From assembly GCA_934162195.1 (NCBI GenBank), contig CAKPHO010000001.1, positions 17,281 to 81,280 of the forward strand: 64,000 bases of DNA, read 5' to 3'. Source of the DNA: an uncultured Bacilli bacterium. GTDB lineage: Bacteria; Bacillota_I; Bacilli_A; RF39; UBA660. This document shows, piece by piece, positions 61,837-64,000 of this stretch; positions within the stretch are counted from its first letter, which is position 1, and each line of letters begins with the position of its first letter. Position numbers and translations under genes: made by a program. The notes beneath the pieces were generated by a model. That model was given only the letters and a program-made list of their open reading frames with translations, made no database searches and had not been told where the DNA came from.

Positions 61837-62617
61837 CTTCTAATTGAACCTCTATAACTCCTATTTTAGGAACATCTACTGAATATCTCTTATTTAAAAT
61901 ATCTAAATTTATTACTTTTCCTTCACCTTTTTCTGTTGAAATAGTTTGTCCAACTTTTGGTAAACCTTTTCTACAACATTTATAATTTTCATCTTCGTAT
62001 TTTAAACAGCACAATAAACGACCACATAAACCATTTATTTTAGAGGGGTTAAGTGCTATATTTTGATTTTTTGCCATATTGATAGAAACAGAATCTAAAT
62101 CTTTTAAAAATCTAGAACAACACAATTGTTGACCACACAAACCACATCCACCAACTTCTTTTGCTTTATCTCTTGACCCTATTTGTCTTAATTCAATTCT
62201 GGTTTTGTATTTATTAGCTAATTCTTTAGCTAAATTTCTAAAGTCAATTCTAGCATCTGATAAAAATCTAAAAAGTAATTGTTCATGGTCAAAGGTGTAA
62301 TGTGCATCTACTAGGGTCATATTCAAATCATGTTTTTCAATTAATTCTCTACAATAAATTAAAGCATTTTTTTCAATTTGTTGATTCTTTTTATTTTTCA
62401 AAAAGTCTTCTTTTGTAGCAATACGAACTATTTCACTTAGTGGTTTATTATATTTTTTTTCATCTATATTATAATTTTCTAATTCAATTGTACCAAATTC
62501 TAAACCTTTTTCTGTTTTTACAATTACAGTGATTCCCTTCTTTAATTTTTTGCTATTTGGCAAAAAATTATATACGGTTTTATTATTATTAAATTTAACT
62601 CCAACCACTTCTATCAT
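61826..62617 (-). CDS. ricT: PSP1-domain protein (YaaT/RicT, stage 0 sporulation-associated)
   Basis: PSP1 core with cysteine cluster GGCGLCGQQLCCSRFL...LCGRLLCCLKYE; directly after holB. Confidence 0.88.
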   Translation of the reverse strand: MIEVVGVKFNNNKTVYNFLPNSKKLKKGITVIVKTEKGLEFGTIELENYNIDEKKYNKPLSEIVRIATKEDFLKNKKNQQIEKNALIYCRELIEKHDLNMTLVDAHYTFDHEQLLFRFLSDARIDFRNLAKELANKYKTRIELRQIGSRDKAKEVGGCGLCGQQLCCSRFLKDLDSVSINMAKNQNIALNPSKINGLCGRLLCCLKYEDENYKCCRKGLPKVGQTISTEKGEGKVINLDILNKRYSVDVPKIGVIEVQLEDES

Positions 62618-63574
62618 CTAATCACCTTCTAACATTAAAATTAATTTATCTAATACTAAATTAAGATTACAATTGTTTTTTAGTCTTTCTTCAATTTTTA
62701 ATATTATTAATATTTTGTTTGTCAAGATATCTATATCATTTTTTAAAACTATTAAATCTAGTATATCTTTATTTTCTACAAATATTTTTTCAGACTTAAT
62801 TATTTTATAATTTAAAGATTCATTATATATTAAAAGTAAAATTTTTAAATATTCTTGGAATAACAACTTGTCTTTTAAAATTATTGAACATATTTTATTT
62901 TCTTTTAATATTGTATCTTTCTTATTATTTTCTATAGATTCAATAAACTTAATAGCAAAATTTAATATACTTTTGCCTTGTTCATTTTGAATAAATTCCA
63001 TCTGTTTTGTTTTATCATCAAATATATAATTTGCTACACGCTCTAAATCCGTATTTCCTATTACTTTTTTTTTATTTACTAATTTTATTTTTTGACACCT
63101 TGATGAAATTGTATCAAGCAACATCTCAGCATTGTTTACAACTAATATTGCCACTATATTATCTTCTGGTTCTTCTAAAAATTTTAAAATAGAATTAGCT
63201 GCAGCTTCATTCATTTTTTCCGCTTGATCTATAATATATACTTTTGCTGAAGTTGTTAACGCTTTGTTAGAAAATTCTTTTTGAAGACCGTTTAATTGCT
63301 CTTTTTTTATCCACATACCATCTGGTCTTACTATTTCTAACTCTGTACTATTACCATTATCAATTTGTGTACAAAGATCACAATTTCCACAAAGATTACA
63401 ATCAACGTTTTTTATAGGGCATAGTATGGCTTTAGCAAACGATAGAGCAAAATCATAGCCTCTATAGTAATTATTAGTTTCTATAATGTAAGCATGGGAA
63501 ATATTTAAACTTTTTAACTGTCTATATAATATTTCACAAGCTATATGATTATCTGCATAATATTCACTAAGCAT
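62618..63574 (-). CDS. holB: DNA polymerase III subunit delta'
   Basis: SHAYIIE, zinc module CGNCDLCTQI, IIDQAEKMNEAAANSILKFLEEP. Confidence 0.88.
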   Translation of the reverse strand: MLSEYYADNHIACEILYRQLKSLNISHAYIIETNNYYRGYDFALSFAKAILCPIKNVDCNLCGNCDLCTQIDNGNSTELEIVRPDGMWIKKEQLNGLQKEFSNKALTTSAKVYIIDQAEKMNEAAANSILKFLEEPEDNIVAILVVNNAEMLLDTISSRCQKIKLVNKKKVIGNTDLERVANYIFDDKTKQMEFIQNEQGKSILNFAIKFIESIENNKKDTILKENKICSIILKDKLLFQEYLKILLLIYNESLNYKIIKSEKIFVENKDILDLIVLKNDIDILTNKILIILKIEERLKNNCNLNLVLDKLILMLEGD

Positions 63575-63591
63575 AACATACTTCCTTTCTA

Positions 63592-63780
63592 TCAGAACAC
63601 AAAAAATATCAATGTAATTAATGATAGTAATGCTGGTACACCAAATATAGACACATATAAAATAGTTAATATATTTAGGGGTACCAAAATTCCTAATGGC
63701 ACTGCGATTAAATTATAACCATAAATTAAAAACATCGAAAAAACTATTTTTTTTAATATTTTAAATATTTTTTTTACCAT
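63592..63780 (-). CDS. bofA: BofA-like small membrane protein (pro-sigma-K processing inhibitor family)
   Basis: 62 aa with two TM helices. NLIAVPLGILVPLNILTILYVSIFGVPALL resembles the BofA core. Its position just after recR matches Bacillus. Confidence 0.55.
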   Translation of the reverse strand: MVKKIFKILKKIVFSMFLIYGYNLIAVPLGILVPLNILTILYVSIFGVPALLSLITLIFFVF

Positions 63781-63817
63781 ATATCTTCACCTCTATAAAT
63801 GATATGAAGATAAATAG

Positions 63818-64000
63818 CTAATTAGATATTTTTTTTCTATCTTCTAAAGCTAATTCTAAAGTTAAAGTATCTATATAATCCATATCTGTCCCTAATGGAA
63901 CACCGTGAGCAATTTTAGTGACTAATACTTGAGTATTTTCAAATATTTTTGAAATATACAATGCAGTTGTTTCTCCCTCTATGCTAGGTTTTACTGCTAT
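63818..64000 (-). CDS. recR: recombination protein RecR, C-terminal part only (runs off the window end)
   Basis: Hand translation of the reverse strand gives ...IAVKPSIEGETTALYISKIFENTQVLVTKIAHGVPLGTDMDYIDTLTLELALEDRKKISN, then TAG at 63820-63818. This is the Toprim/C-terminal motif of RecR. Confidence 0.8.
   Translation of the reverse strand: MAVKPSIEGETTALYISKIFENTQVLVTKIAHGVPLGTDMDYIDTLTLELALEDRKKISN

Noticed and set aside
1-64000. A search by eye for CRISPR arrays, rRNA/tRNA genes, IS elements, integrases, and long direct or inverted repeats.
   Set aside because: No regularly spaced repeats, rRNA-like GC-rich blocks, tRNA cloverleaf candidates or transposase/integrase-like ORFs were seen. 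The only notable non-local repeat is the TR/VR-like pair. Eyeballing cannot exclude short or degenerate repeats.

Overview
The window is very AT-rich (roughly a quarter to 30% GC by eye) and looks like chromosome from a spore-forming low-GC Bacillota, given cwlD, spoVT, a bofA-like gene and yaaT/ricT. Almost every gene is on the minus strand, and gene order is largely collinear with the origin-proximal right arm of Bacillus subtilis. Reading from high to low coordinates: recR-bofA-holB-yaaT-yabB-rsmI-pth-mfd-spoVT, T-box-dut-metG, tatD-yabE-rsmA, tilS-ftsH, then parA-parB...ychF-rpsF-ssb-rpsR, then the complete S10-spc-alpha ribosomal superoperon (rpsJ through rplQ, with no rpmD), ecfA1A2T-truA-rplM-rpsI, and cwlD. 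I saw no rRNA, tRNA, CRISPR array, transposase or integrase. Two accessory regions stand out. (1) At 41.9-43.6 kb a pilin-like gene ends in an anomalously GC-rich 100-nt segment. A non-coding, AAC-rich copy of that segment lies about 270 nt downstream. This is the template/variable-repeat signature of a diversity-generating retroelement (DGR), but no reverse transcriptase or Avd is nearby and there is extra non-adenine divergence. (2) Positions 1-8.2 kb form a decayed defence or prophage-like island: a fused N6A+C5 DNA methyltransferase coupled to a truncated downstream ORF, an orphan PD-(D/E)xK protein, an Abi_2 protein, a collagen-like protein, and two gene remnants. All coordinates, translations and counts were derived by hand from the sequence and ORF track. 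No database search was run.
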